Source: a virus. From it: a stretch of 64,000 nt of DNA. Made by a program: the position numbers and the translations under genes. The stretch's first letter is position 1; every line of letters begins with the position of its first letter. This document shows, in pieces, positions 9,690-18,664 of this stretch. A model generated the notes under the pieces. It was given only the letters and a program-made list of their open reading frames with translations. It searched no databases and was not told the DNA's origin. Where the stretch lies: positions 37,254 to 101,253 of the IMG/VR virus record IMGVR_UViG_3300014834_000354; one strand, written 5' to 3'.

Positions 9690-10412
9690 TTAATCTATTT
9701 TTGAAATAATTGTTAAGAAGTGGCCACCAATCTGAGTTGTAAGTGTTCCATTTTCGCCAATAACTAATTCACATGATTGCTTTTGTTTAAAGACTGCTAG
9801 AAGCATGTTTGCTGGATAGTAATGCGCAAAAGCAACTTCTGGTGTAGATGTTTCTTCGCTGACCCATTCGGGATTTTTTTCTAAAGAAATTGAAAAAACA
9901 TCATTATTAGAATCTGAACATTCAATTACTACATCATTGCCTTTCTTCGCAATGACAACAGTTTTTGCTCCCATGACGCGAACTGCCGAACTTACCATCT
10001 CAGCCTGCTCTTTACTAATTTCAAGTCGCCAATTTGGTGGATCATTTATTGCTTTTGGCGCTCGGATCAAACCTGGTGCAGCACACCTGAAATCAACCTT
10101 AGCTCCACCACCAGAAAGACGAATATGTGTAACTTCATCTTTATTATTAACAGCAAGTTCAATATTAAAATTTTTGGAATTTTTTAATACGCTCAAGCGG
10201 GCAGCAAGTACTGATAATCTAGCTAATCCTAGTTTTGTGGAACCTAAACCTGATAAGCTGATGTTGGATGATAAAATGACACAACTTTTTTCATCATTAA
10301 TTCCGCGAATCATTCCGTCTTCGATGATAATATTATCAATACTAACCGATGAACAAACTGAGATAATATTTTCATAAAATTCAACAATCTGCTGTGTATT
10401 ATTTTTCATCAT
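9690..10412 (-). CDS. probable DNA polymerase sliding clamp (gp45-like)
   Basis: 240 aa, two-domain alpha/beta pattern, immediately downstream of the polymerase. Confidence 0.6.
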   Translation of the reverse strand: MMKNNTQQIVEFYENIISVCSSVSIDNIIIEDGMIRGINDEKSCVILSSNISLSGLGSTKLGLARLSVLAARLSVLKNSKNFNIELAVNNKDEVTHIRLSGGGAKVDFRCAAPGLIRAPKAINDPPNWRLEISKEQAEMVSSAVRVMGAKTVVIAKKGNDVVIECSDSNNDVFSISLEKNPEWVSEETSTPEVAFAHYYPANMLLAVFKQKQSCELVIGENGTLTTQIGGHFLTIISKID

Positions 10413-10418
10413 TTATCC

Positions 10419-11372
10419 TCAGTAAACTAAAACTTTTTTAAGATGTGTGCGATAAGGAGTTGGCACTTCCTGTCCTAACGCAGAAAAGATTCCTTCCAAT
10501 TTTGAATCAATCATTTTTTCTTCGGTCTTACGTACATCAATTTTTACTTCTGAAAACCAAGCCGGGAATTTTGTCATTTCTGCTGGGATTGCGATACTTT
10601 CTAGATTTCTATCATTTTTCTGCAAATAATAGATTAAAACCTTATCACCTGAATTTATCAATGAAGCACTGTTGCCTTCATATTCAATCGCCAGTTCATT
10701 ATAGTTTATTGAAGCTCTTACGTGACCAGGAAGTTTAGCTCTACCTAATCCAGCTTTTTCTTTCATTTTCCATTCATCGTAAAATTTATCAAGGTTATTT
10801 ACGGCCTTAGAAACGCCAATGCAGATTAGGTCACTATCACTCGTGTAATTTCTCAGCAACCCATACCGAGATTCATTAATAAACTTTTCAAGTTCAGGAT
10901 ATGATTTGCCATCAAGAATTTGCTGCAGCACCTGCTTCAAGAAATTTTGAATGACCTTTGGTGTATCAGATTTTTTAACTTCTGAGCCCATCGATTTTAG
11001 CTTGTTAACTGCTGCACCTTCAAGATCAACAACCTTAATAACATATTTCTTTTTGGCTTGAAACAGCGCTCGCTCACCAACGAGTTCCCGAGCTGCCTTA
11101 ATTAAATCATCATAACCTGGTGTACACAAAAAGGCTTCACTCATGAAATCTTTAAATGAATTATTAATTCCGACGGCGACGGCATCGGCTATTTCAACTG
11201 CGTTTTCTTTATCAGTCGCAAATGTTTGATAATAACACGAATTATGTACCAACACATCATTTGCGAAGAAATAAGGCGCTGAGTCATCTTCCATGACAAC
11301 ATCATACACATACTCTTCATCAAAATCCGGAAGTTGTTCAACACACATAACTTTTTGCCGTTCAATTTTCAT
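10419..11372 (-). CDS. gp43: family B DNA polymerase, C-terminal part, preceded by a split-intein C fragment
   Basis: 44-aa IntC ending VLVHN/S, then SCY, AKKKY, GSEVKKSDTP and PGHVRA; own AGGTGG RBS. Confidence 0.93.
   Translation of the reverse strand: MKIERQKVMCVEQLPDFDEEYVYDVVMEDDSAPYFFANDVLVHNSCYYQTFATDKENAVEIADAVAVGINNSFKDFMSEAFLCTPGYDDLIKAARELVGERALFQAKKKYVIKVVDLEGAAVNKLKSMGSEVKKSDTPKVIQNFLKQVLQQILDGKSYPELEKFINESRYGLLRNYTSDSDLICIGVSKAVNNLDKFYDEWKMKEKAGLGRAKLPGHVRASINYNELAIEYEGNSASLINSGDKVLIYYLQKNDRNLESIAIPAEMTKFPAWFSEVKIDVRKTEEKMIDSKLEGIFSALGQEVPTPYRTHLKKVLVY
11241..11372 (-). mobile_element. split intein C fragment (44 aa)
   Basis: Block F YVYDV, FFAND and terminal HN followed by Ser+1. 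Confidence 0.92.
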
Positions 11373-12354
11373 TTAACCACCTGACTATGTTTAGTAGCGT
11401 TTCTTGTCTTTTGGTTTTCCAATCATTTTCCCATATTATCATTATATCATAACCGCGCGAAATAGCTTCATTATGTTTTTTAGCATCATATTCCCATATT
11501 TCTGCTGCAAATCTTTTTTTCATCGTATGATAAAAGTTCGGATGGTATTTTATTGGATTGCAGTGCCAGTAGTCGCCATTAAATTCTATGATCTTCTTGC
11601 CAATCCCAAAATCAAAACATCCTGGGATCCCCGGAATATGTACTTGGTATGATAGTTTTTTGCCAGATGCGTTGTTAATTGATCGTAAAACCTCTTTTTC
11701 TAAAAAATTTTTAAAATCTATACAATTTCTTCCTCTGCTAAAATCAGCAAATCTACGCGCTCCATCTTCTTCGCCATATTTTTCTTTGAAATATTGCTCT
11801 GATGTTGTAAATCTTTGTCGTTCACAATATTGATTCCATTTTTCTAATCCAGCTTTTTCACCATGCCTTTTGACAAAATTAGGAAGAGTGCATGATCTTG
11901 ATTTATTGAATTGCATAAAATGATCTTCGCTCCAACCGTACGTTGCGGCCTTAAATTGGAACGTATTTGTTAAGGCTTGGAGTTCACGATATTTTTTCCA
12001 TCTTAATTCGCCATCAGCGCGACCATATTTTTGAATCATTTTTTCTAAAGTTATAGCCTGGTTTTTTGCTAAATTTGGCGCGACCAAAGCGGCGTCAGGG
12101 TGTTTCTGTTTATACTCCTTCAGCGTTTTAATTTTGCATCTATGCGTAAAGTGTGTATGTTGCAATCTAGTTGTAATATAACCACACTCAAGACATCTTA
12201 TAGCATTTCCGTTATCAATCTCGGCATCTAAATTATTTGTGTCTAATATTATTTTAGTTCTATTTGCATTTTTATTCCACTTATTGATTCCTTCAATTTC
12301 TCCGTACTTTTTAATGTAATCATCCTTTGATAGAACATGACCCTTAACTGGCAT
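11362..12354 (-). CDS. free-standing Vsr/DUF559-like homing endonuclease with KYG-x-EG repeats
   Basis: C-terminal FDF...IIEFNGDYWH...GYDIMIIWENDW; CxxC...H Zn finger; four KYGxxxG repeats; likely start 12354 (GGAG RBS), ORF extends to 12366. Confidence 0.85.
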   Translation of the reverse strand: MPVKGHVLSKDDYIKKYGEIEGINKWNKNANRTKIILDTNNLDAEIDNGNAIRCLECGYITTRLQHTHFTHRCKIKTLKEYKQKHPDAALVAPNLAKNQAITLEKMIQKYGRADGELRWKKYRELQALTNTFQFKAATYGWSEDHFMQFNKSRSCTLPNFVKRHGEKAGLEKWNQYCERQRFTTSEQYFKEKYGEEDGARRFADFSRGRNCIDFKNFLEKEVLRSINNASGKKLSYQVHIPGIPGCFDFGIGKKIIEFNGDYWHCNPIKYHPNFYHTMKKRFAAEIWEYDAKKHNEAISRGYDIMIIWENDWKTKRQETLLNIVRWLNEN

Positions 12355-12405
12355 ATGCGTCTCCATTTCTAAATTGTTGACACGAAATTTGCCAGCACAT
12401 GATAC

Positions 12406-14616
12406 TTAATCTTTTACAGAGATGAAAATATCGGTTTTTTGAATATCAGCAGGTTTGACTTCTATTAATTCCCCATTACGTTCTACCATTATTGAATGGT
12501 CATTTGTAATCTCTACTGATTTTCCATTTTCTAATGTTACTTTCCAGCGAGCTTTTGAAACTTTGTGTCTATAAATGCTTCTTGCATTAAGATAGCGCGC
12601 TTCGCCTGATTTATAAGAAAGAACTTTAAGATTAAACAAACCTTCACCGAATTGTTTTGACCCTTGCGGTTGAGTTTTTATAGGACACGCTTGGAATAAC
12701 TCTTCCAAGGAAAATGATCCATAATTTGTTTTAACCAAGCTATCGCCAGTAAGAGAATCCGTATCAGAGTAGATGATAGCTTCTGAATCTACGTGGTAAT
12801 CATGTTGAACTTTACCTTGATTATCAACGCTTGTTGTTTTAATAAGAGATAGTCGCTCTCCTGTTAGAATTTCACCGGCCGTTTCGATCATGTGCGTAGT
12901 AATCTGCCTGCCAGAAGCAGTAACGCTGGCGCCCATTCTTTCATCAAAGAAGGCAAAGAACGCATTCAATAATGCGCCATAAGCTGAGTTCAGCGAAATT
13001 TTCTTAGTATGCTGAAGTAGATCGTAGTGTGCAACATTCTTTTCAGCTTCAGCTATCTCGGCTTCTGGGGCATTTGATTTAATCAACTCCTTAAGCTTCA
13101 TACCCCATTCTTTCTTTTTCTTTTGCAAATCTTTCCGGGCGGCGAACCATGAAGTTAATACCGCAGCAACCGCGCCTTGCCCAGAACTCTGATCAAAAAC
13201 CGTGCCATAAGCGGATATTGCCCATTTCTTCTGTTTTAGAAGTTCATACCATTCAGCACCAGTAGCTTCATACGTATCGTAATTTTCCATTTCCAATACG
13301 TGTTTCTTATCATCTTTATGCCAGATTCCTCGCCAATCTTCTTCTTTATTCGTGAATTGACCTATAATCTTTTCGGAAGATATATTCAATGACCTAATCA
13401 CTGAAGGATAAAGTGAATTGATGTCGACTGAACCGACCCACTCGTGTAAACCAATCTTCGGCGTCATAACGATGGCGCCTTCAACTTTACCATTATTCGG
13501 ACGAGTGATTTTATCTGGCATAACTTTATGCATCACATTGTGTACATAATTAATAATACCAGTTTCAACATACTTCACTGTTCCTAGCACTGCCTCAACC
13601 GGAACAGTATTCTCATGCGACATCTGATTTGCTAACGCAATAAATTTAAATTTCTGATCTAGCTTTTTCAAGATCTCAGTATCGCGTACGTTATATTTTA
13701 TGAAATGAATAAAATCGTTTTTGTATAAATCTTCGAGTGTTCCTTCATATTCTAGCTTCGGAATATCAAGCTCTTCTCCAGCAATTGCGCCGAGCGCAAA
13801 AGAAACTCTGCCTTCAAATGTGAATTTTTTGAAGAGCGCCAAATAGTCAAGGTGAATTCTGCCACTTAGGCTAGCATTGATTTGTTCTTTACCAAATCTT
13901 TCTACGGTATCAAATCTTGGTGGCAGTGCGCCAAGAAAACACCACCGGTTCATTGCCTTTTTTCCAAGAACCATCTCAGTTCTTTTGAGCAGATATGGCA
14001 AATCAAAAAACTCAGAGTTCCAACCTGATAACAGATCGCTATCTTCAATTAAATCCAAAGTTGAATAAATTAATTCTGCTTCATCTTTTGCGATGATCAG
14101 ATTTGTTTTAATTTCTGGCATTATCTCATCGAATTGCTTTAGGATGTCACCCTTCCAACCTTTTGGAGGAACTACAATCGTGACAAATTCATCGAGCCAT
14201 TGGTGATATAACGTAATTGCGTTGATAGGTGCATACGGATTTTCTGGACTTGAAAAGCCGATGTTCTTGTCGTAATCAACTTCAATATCAAGAAATGTAT
14301 AATTGAGAGATGGCGTTGGTGCCTGATAGTATTCATTCATCAGGACCTTTGCGGTTGGATTAATATCAGATTCAAATCTTTTATCATGCCTAAATTTTGC
14401 GGCTTCAAATTCTGCTTTGCAGTCAAAATCAAGACGTGTTAATTTATGTCCAAATAAAGACTCATGCTCACCGTCATTATCTTCGACATAAAAATAATAT
14501 GGCGCGTTATAACGAACCATATTACGACCAGTTGGCCCTCGCTCCCAAACCAGCACCTGTTCTGTTTCATAGTCAGCACAGGCGCTGATATAGCCGAGTT
14601 TTTCCTTATTAGTCAT
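12406..14616 (-). CDS. gp43: family B DNA polymerase, N-terminal part, fused to a split-intein N fragment
   Basis: Exonuclease motifs DIE, WNSEFFD and YNVRD; polymerase motifs DINSLYPS, KISLNSAYG and YSDTD, then intein. Confidence 0.95.
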   Translation of the reverse strand: MTNKEKLGYISACADYETEQVLVWERGPTGRNMVRYNAPYYFYVEDNDGEHESLFGHKLTRLDFDCKAEFEAAKFRHDKRFESDINPTAKVLMNEYYQAPTPSLNYTFLDIEVDYDKNIGFSSPENPYAPINAITLYHQWLDEFVTIVVPPKGWKGDILKQFDEIMPEIKTNLIIAKDEAELIYSTLDLIEDSDLLSGWNSEFFDLPYLLKRTEMVLGKKAMNRWCFLGALPPRFDTVERFGKEQINASLSGRIHLDYLALFKKFTFEGRVSFALGAIAGEELDIPKLEYEGTLEDLYKNDFIHFIKYNVRDTEILKKLDQKFKFIALANQMSHENTVPVEAVLGTVKYVETGIINYVHNVMHKVMPDKITRPNNGKVEGAIVMTPKIGLHEWVGSVDINSLYPSVIRSLNISSEKIIGQFTNKEEDWRGIWHKDDKKHVLEMENYDTYEATGAEWYELLKQKKWAISAYGTVFDQSSGQGAVAAVLTSWFAARKDLQKKKKEWGMKLKELIKSNAPEAEIAEAEKNVAHYDLLQHTKKISLNSAYGALLNAFFAFFDERMGASVTASGRQITTHMIETAGEILTGERLSLIKTTSVDNQGKVQHDYHVDSEAIIYSDTDSLTGDSLVKTNYGSFSLEELFQACPIKTQPQGSKQFGEGLFNLKVLSYKSGEARYLNARSIYRHKVSKARWKVTLENGKSVEITNDHSIMVERNGELIEVKPADIQKTDIFISVKD
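12409..12756 (-). mobile_element. split intein N fragment (116 aa, Ser1)
   Basis: Block A SLTGDSLV directly after YSDTD; block B ITNDHSIM. Confidence 0.92.
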
Positions 14617-14935
14617 TAGTGCCAGTACGACGGCTTGAGTTTGAGAGGAGCAGGCTTAACACTGCTTCCCACTTTTCAATTTCGGTTTGTGCTTCAGCAA
14701 AATCATTTTTGAAGTACATTTTCACGAGCTTATTGAAATCTTTTCCGGAGATGCCAATTTTTTCTTGTGCATCTTCACGTAAAGCTTTAACGCTTTCAGC
14801 TTCATCAGCCATGCGTGTCTTTGCGGCAACGGCTTCATCGATGAAGACTTGCAGCTTTTCTTTTTCACTAGGATTGTTGAGGATAGAAACAAGATCTTGA
14901 GCTTGCTTTTTTGCTGCTTTCTTTTGGCGTGCCAT
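14609..14935 (-). CDS. dsbA: T4 DsbA-like dsDNA-binding protein
   Basis: ALREDAQEKIGISGKDFNKLVKMYFKNDF resembles T4 DsbA. Confidence 0.75.
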   Translation of the reverse strand: MARQKKAAKKQAQDLVSILNNPSEKEKLQVFIDEAVAAKTRMADEAESVKALREDAQEKIGISGKDFNKLVKMYFKNDFAEAQTEIEKWEAVLSLLLSNSSRRTGTND

Positions 14936-14988
14936 AACGCTCTCCTTTATGAAAATGAATATACGAATTGGTCAATACCAACACTTAG

Positions 14989-15004
14989 ATTATAACATAG
15001 AATT
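14989..15004 (-). promoter_or_regulatory. extended -10 promoter (AATTCTATGTTATAAT) for the dsbA-polymerase operon
   Basis: TGnTATAAT; the same motif recurs at 31128 and 33358. Confidence 0.6.
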
Positions 15005-15015
15005 TGATAATGATT

Positions 15016-15450
15016 TTAATTTGTGCGATTTTTTTCACTGAAATTGTTTTCAGCTAATTTAAAAACAGATTCGTTATTAACTTTAATGACATTGGCGCTA
15101 AAATTGGTTGGCAGCTCACCTAGTGATTTGCCTATGTAGTCTGCATTGACCAAATAAAATTTTGCAACAGTTAATTCAGCCGCAGCCGGATCAATTAAAT
15201 CTTTTTTATCAGCCACATCCCATAACAATTTATAACTGTTATCGCTGATTTGATTAACTTCCGACATTACCTTTTTTACAAAGTTTGCGCATGCAAGTAC
15301 GCATTCTTCTGAAGTGCTAAATGTCTTTGAGGAAATGCTAATATCATGACAATCTACTAAACCTGAAAATAACGAAACATTCTTAAAATCTTTTGAAGCA
15401 TTAATAAGACAATAATATTTGTAATACGATTTGTCCTTAGTGGATGACAT
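15016..15450 (-). CDS. hypothetical protein
   Basis: Overlapping operon ORF. Confidence 0.65.
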   Translation of the reverse strand: MSSTKDKSYYKYYCLINASKDFKNVSLFSGLVDCHDISISSKTFSTSEECVLACANFVKKVMSEVNQISDNSYKLLWDVADKKDLIDPAAAELTVAKFYLVNADYIGKSLGELPTNFSANVIKVNNESVFKLAENNFSEKNRTN

Positions 15451-15844
15451 GTTTCGTGGTCCTTTTTAGATCATCTTTAATATTTAAATATTCCTCAATC
15501 TCCATAATCGAAAAAACTTTTCCAATAAGATTTGATGTGGAGATTTCATTATTATCAGTTGCTGTTACCAACAATTTCAAAAAATTATTCCCAAGCTCGA
15601 TAATACTTTTGTCCTCAAATTCATCTTCTTCAGAGACTGGATACTCAGTTGAATTGAATTTATATTTGACATCTTGTGAATTTAAATTATTTAAGGTAGT
15701 ACTTAATGCTTCAATTGCTTCAATATCAGAGTGATAACCATCCGATGAAACAACCATCTGTTCAATTCCAAATTCATCAAAATCTAAGGGAAGTTGATCC
15801 TCAGAAATTGATAATAGATAAAAATATTTTTCTTTTTCTGTCAT
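15437..15844 (-). CDS. acidic hypothetical protein
   Basis: ATGA overlap with the upstream gene. Confidence 0.65.
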   Translation of the reverse strand: MTEKEKYFYLLSISEDQLPLDFDEFGIEQMVVSSDGYHSDIEAIEALSTTLNNLNSQDVKYKFNSTEYPVSEEDEFEDKSIIELGNNFLKLLVTATDNNEISTSNLIGKVFSIMEIEEYLNIKDDLKRTTKHVIH

Positions 15845-16920
15845 GTTGGTCCAAGTAGATAAGGGTTGTTTGCCTTTTCTACGGTTTCAGTTGATCCAGC
15901 CAATTGATTCTGTTCTGCACTGGCATTCACCAATAATGAAGCAGAAATTGTTGGCCACGCGGATTTTTCTAACCTATTCACCGTAGAAAGATTCAATTTT
16001 TCAGAAACCGGAGCAATTAACCATTCTGAAACAATTTCAGAAAATTTTATAACAGAATTCAGTTCTCGGTCAACTGGAGAGTAAGGAGAATATGCTAACA
16101 TCAAATATGCTGAAGAAGTGAGCGAAGTTGCGCCAGCTGCAACTGACAGGAGTTGCAATTCTTCACCAATTTTAAGTATTGAAGAAAGCGCGCTATAGGT
16201 GTATAGCTTATACGTGGCGCCGAATAATTTGATCTGTCTAACATTTGACCAGCTGCTATTTTCTACTACTGCGGAGTTGTATGTAAAGGTTAAATTGTAA
16301 CTTGGCGTGACCACAGCTTTTGCAACATTTATTTTAATTTGTAAATTTTCGCCAACTAACGCTGGTGAAAATGAAATGGCTTGAGTTGTTACGTTTTTAG
16401 ACCATGCCGAACTACTAAGCTTGACACTGTTTACGTAAACTTCTATCGTATCCGTATTTTCAAAAGCGAGTGTTTTATTATCGGCACTATTATCCATGCC
16501 TGAAATAAATGAAACAGTGCCGGCTCTCAGGAAGGTGAACACTGAAAATACCGAAGCATCAACGCGCCGCTTATTTGCGACAACCGTTAATGATGAAGAC
16601 GGCATTGAACTAGGAACAGCTATCGTTAATTCTGAATTAATTCCGGTAATTAATGAAATAGGAACGACCTGTATTGGAGCTATCGCCGCTGCTTTTGCGG
16701 CAACCTGTTCACGTGGCATCCAATCCTCAGTGCTCACTTCTGTCGCGGCAGATGTTGCAACAATGTTTCTTGTATTTTTACTGCCAATTGGATAAAGTTT
16801 ACCTTCGCAACCAAGGGTGATATTACACTTGGTAAACTTAACGGTTGTTATTTTATTTTCTTCATCAATCGTGCGCTTGCACAGATTGCATTTGTAGGTT
16901 ATAAATCTTGTAGTTGACAT
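15841..16920 (-). CDS. probable virion-associated protein with N-terminal Cys cluster
   Basis: CNLC...C...C N-terminus; Ser/Thr-rich beta-type composition. Confidence 0.55.
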   Translation of the reverse strand: MSTTRFITYKCNLCKRTIDEENKITTVKFTKCNITLGCEGKLYPIGSKNTRNIVATSAATEVSTEDWMPREQVAAKAAAIAPIQVVPISLITGINSELTIAVPSSMPSSSLTVVANKRRVDASVFSVFTFLRAGTVSFISGMDNSADNKTLAFENTDTIEVYVNSVKLSSSAWSKNVTTQAISFSPALVGENLQIKINVAKAVVTPSYNLTFTYNSAVVENSSWSNVRQIKLFGATYKLYTYSALSSILKIGEELQLLSVAAGATSLTSSAYLMLAYSPYSPVDRELNSVIKFSEIVSEWLIAPVSEKLNLSTVNRLEKSAWPTISASLLVNASAEQNQLAGSTETVEKANNPYLLGPT

Positions 16921-17082
16921 TTAATTTAAATTTTCTATGACGTCTCAATAAATTGATGACGTCTCCGTTGATATGATTTGTCAATTCATGTTATGTGTTT
17001 CGCGGGCCCACAACACCATTGATGTATTTCTATTTACTTCAATTTGATTGGAGTCTGGAAGCTCAGAGATAATTCAAAAACG

Positions 17083-17277
17083 TCAAATGTGATCTTTGCC
17101 CGATTCATCAAAGATCTCATATAAATCTTCACGCCTAACCCATTTTTTCCAGTTAACATCTTTGTCAACTGGAGTGATTTCCAAAAGCGTAAACTCCCGA
17201 GAATTTACGCGTTTAACGGCTTTTCTCCCTGTCAAAACAATTTCTTGATTTTCATAGACGAAAGTCTTTTCAGACAT
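17083..17277 (-). CDS. hypothetical protein
   Basis: Overlaps the upstream gene's stop. Confidence 0.65.
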   Translation of the reverse strand: MSEKTFVYENQEIVLTGRKAVKRVNSREFTLLEITPVDKDVNWKKWVRREDLYEIFDESGKDHI

Positions 17278-17881
17278 TGCCTAATGCCTCATTAATCAGA
17301 AGTCTGACAGTTCTGACAACTTCGAGAGTGTACAGCGCGTCTTCTAGGGGATCATGATCACCGCGTTTTTCCATACCAATAAACTCAAAAAGCTGATCTG
17401 ATTTATATTTGCCGAAGGCAATAAGACCCATTCCTGAAGTGTCAAGCAGAACATGATGTACATCAAACATCAAACCATGTGGTTGAAGAAGTTGTCTTGT
17501 GAAGCTAATGTCAAAGCCTACATTGTGGCCAAGCACCATGATCTTTGGACTCGGGCCAAAGTATTTCAGAATCATTTCAGCTAGATCTGCAGCAGCTTCT
17601 TCTTGAGTTATACCATTTTCTTCAAGAAATTCACGCGTCATGCCGTGAATTCGCTGAGCATCGGCGCTCCACTTATATTTTGATGGTTCATATTTCACAT
17701 ATCTTTTTAAAGTATCGACTACTTCAAAATCAGATAGACGAAATACCACCGCACCAAACGCGATGCCTTGATACTCGAGCGAGCTATCACCACCAAAATT
17801 TGAACCAGTGGTCTCCCAATCGATACACAGAGCTAAGTTTGGAACATTACCGCCTCTTACAATCGTTTGTCTATTTTGCAT
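17270..17881 (-). CDS. DEDDh 3'-5' exonuclease
   Basis: DWETTG, HNVGFD and HDPLEDA motifs. Confidence 0.88.
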   Translation of the reverse strand: MQNRQTIVRGGNVPNLALCIDWETTGSNFGGDSSLEYQGIAFGAVVFRLSDFEVVDTLKRYVKYEPSKYKWSADAQRIHGMTREFLEENGITQEEAAADLAEMILKYFGPSPKIMVLGHNVGFDISFTRQLLQPHGLMFDVHHVLLDTSGMGLIAFGKYKSDQLFEFIGMEKRGDHDPLEDALYTLEVVRTVRLLINEALGNV

Positions 17882-18515
17882 ACCTTAGGTCCTTTGCAAA
17901 ATTCTTAATTTGAGTAACCCTGTAAGAGCGGTCGGCGTGAGAAATCATTTTTACTGGTGGCCCAATTAGAGTAGTGCTAAGCATTAGAATTTCATCTTGA
18001 ATCCATTGCCTAGAATAATAATCTGCCCTATTTGGGTCTTCAACAAATGCTACATCATCATTGATCAAAAATAAAGCAACTCCTCCATATAACCACGATT
18101 GCATAGTCAGACATTTTCGAGAAAATGCTTCTGACCATTTTCGTAATTCTTCTCTATATTCAGTTGGCAAAAATGCATTATACTCACTAGCCAATACTCG
18201 TTTCAACCATAAGTTAGTATATGCTGCAATGTCGAATAAAGATCTTTCAACAATGATTGTTTTATGTTTGAGTTTTGGATTGTCAAGAAGTTCGCCGTCA
18301 TGATCTGCCTTTTGGCCAAGAATCTCCATTTGAAATTCAATCAGTTTTTCTGGTGTCTTGTAAGCTTCTTCCAATTTTGCGTATCCGAGCTTTTGCTGGA
18401 CAAACCGTGAGACTTTGAAATCATCAATGTAAAAGTCTGGTTGGTTTTTAAGATCATTGACGGTGGTGCTTTTGCCCGTGCTGTGAGTACCACTGAATGC
18501 AATGATGTTTGACAT
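17871..18515 (-). CDS. P-loop NMP-kinase-like protein (AAA_28/NadR-like)
   Basis: GTHSTGKS, IVERSLFD and DPNR. Confidence 0.75.
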   Translation of the reverse strand: MSNIIAFSGTHSTGKSTTVNDLKNQPDFYIDDFKVSRFVQQKLGYAKLEEAYKTPEKLIEFQMEILGQKADHDGELLDNPKLKHKTIIVERSLFDIAAYTNLWLKRVLASEYNAFLPTEYREELRKWSEAFSRKCLTMQSWLYGGVALFLINDDVAFVEDPNRADYYSRQWIQDEILMLSTTLIGPPVKMISHADRSYRVTQIKNFAKDLRYAK

Positions 18516-18604
18516 TGGTTTGTCCCTTACAAGTATGGATTATTATGGGTTTGATTATACAACAGAATTTTCAAAAGGAGAACAATTTTTCTCCAAATTA
18601 GCAT

Positions 18605-18634
18605 AAAATAGCTGAGGCCTGACTGGCCTCAGCT
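18605..18634 (-). terminator. intrinsic terminator
   Basis: AGCTGAGGCC / GGCCTCAGCT stem plus U-tract. Confidence 0.75.
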
Positions 18635-18664
18635 TGTTTCATGTGCTACAATAATAAGAAGTTA

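Noticed and set aside
11362-12405. Group I intron interrupting the polymerase
   Set aside because: There is no room for a ribozyme core (about 50-nt gap on one side, overlap on the other), and intein motifs explain the split.
12367-12408. Stop-codon reassignment or readthrough fusing polymerase and endonuclease
   Set aside because: TAA, TAG and TGA all end conserved genes at expected lengths, and both downstream ORFs have their own RBS.
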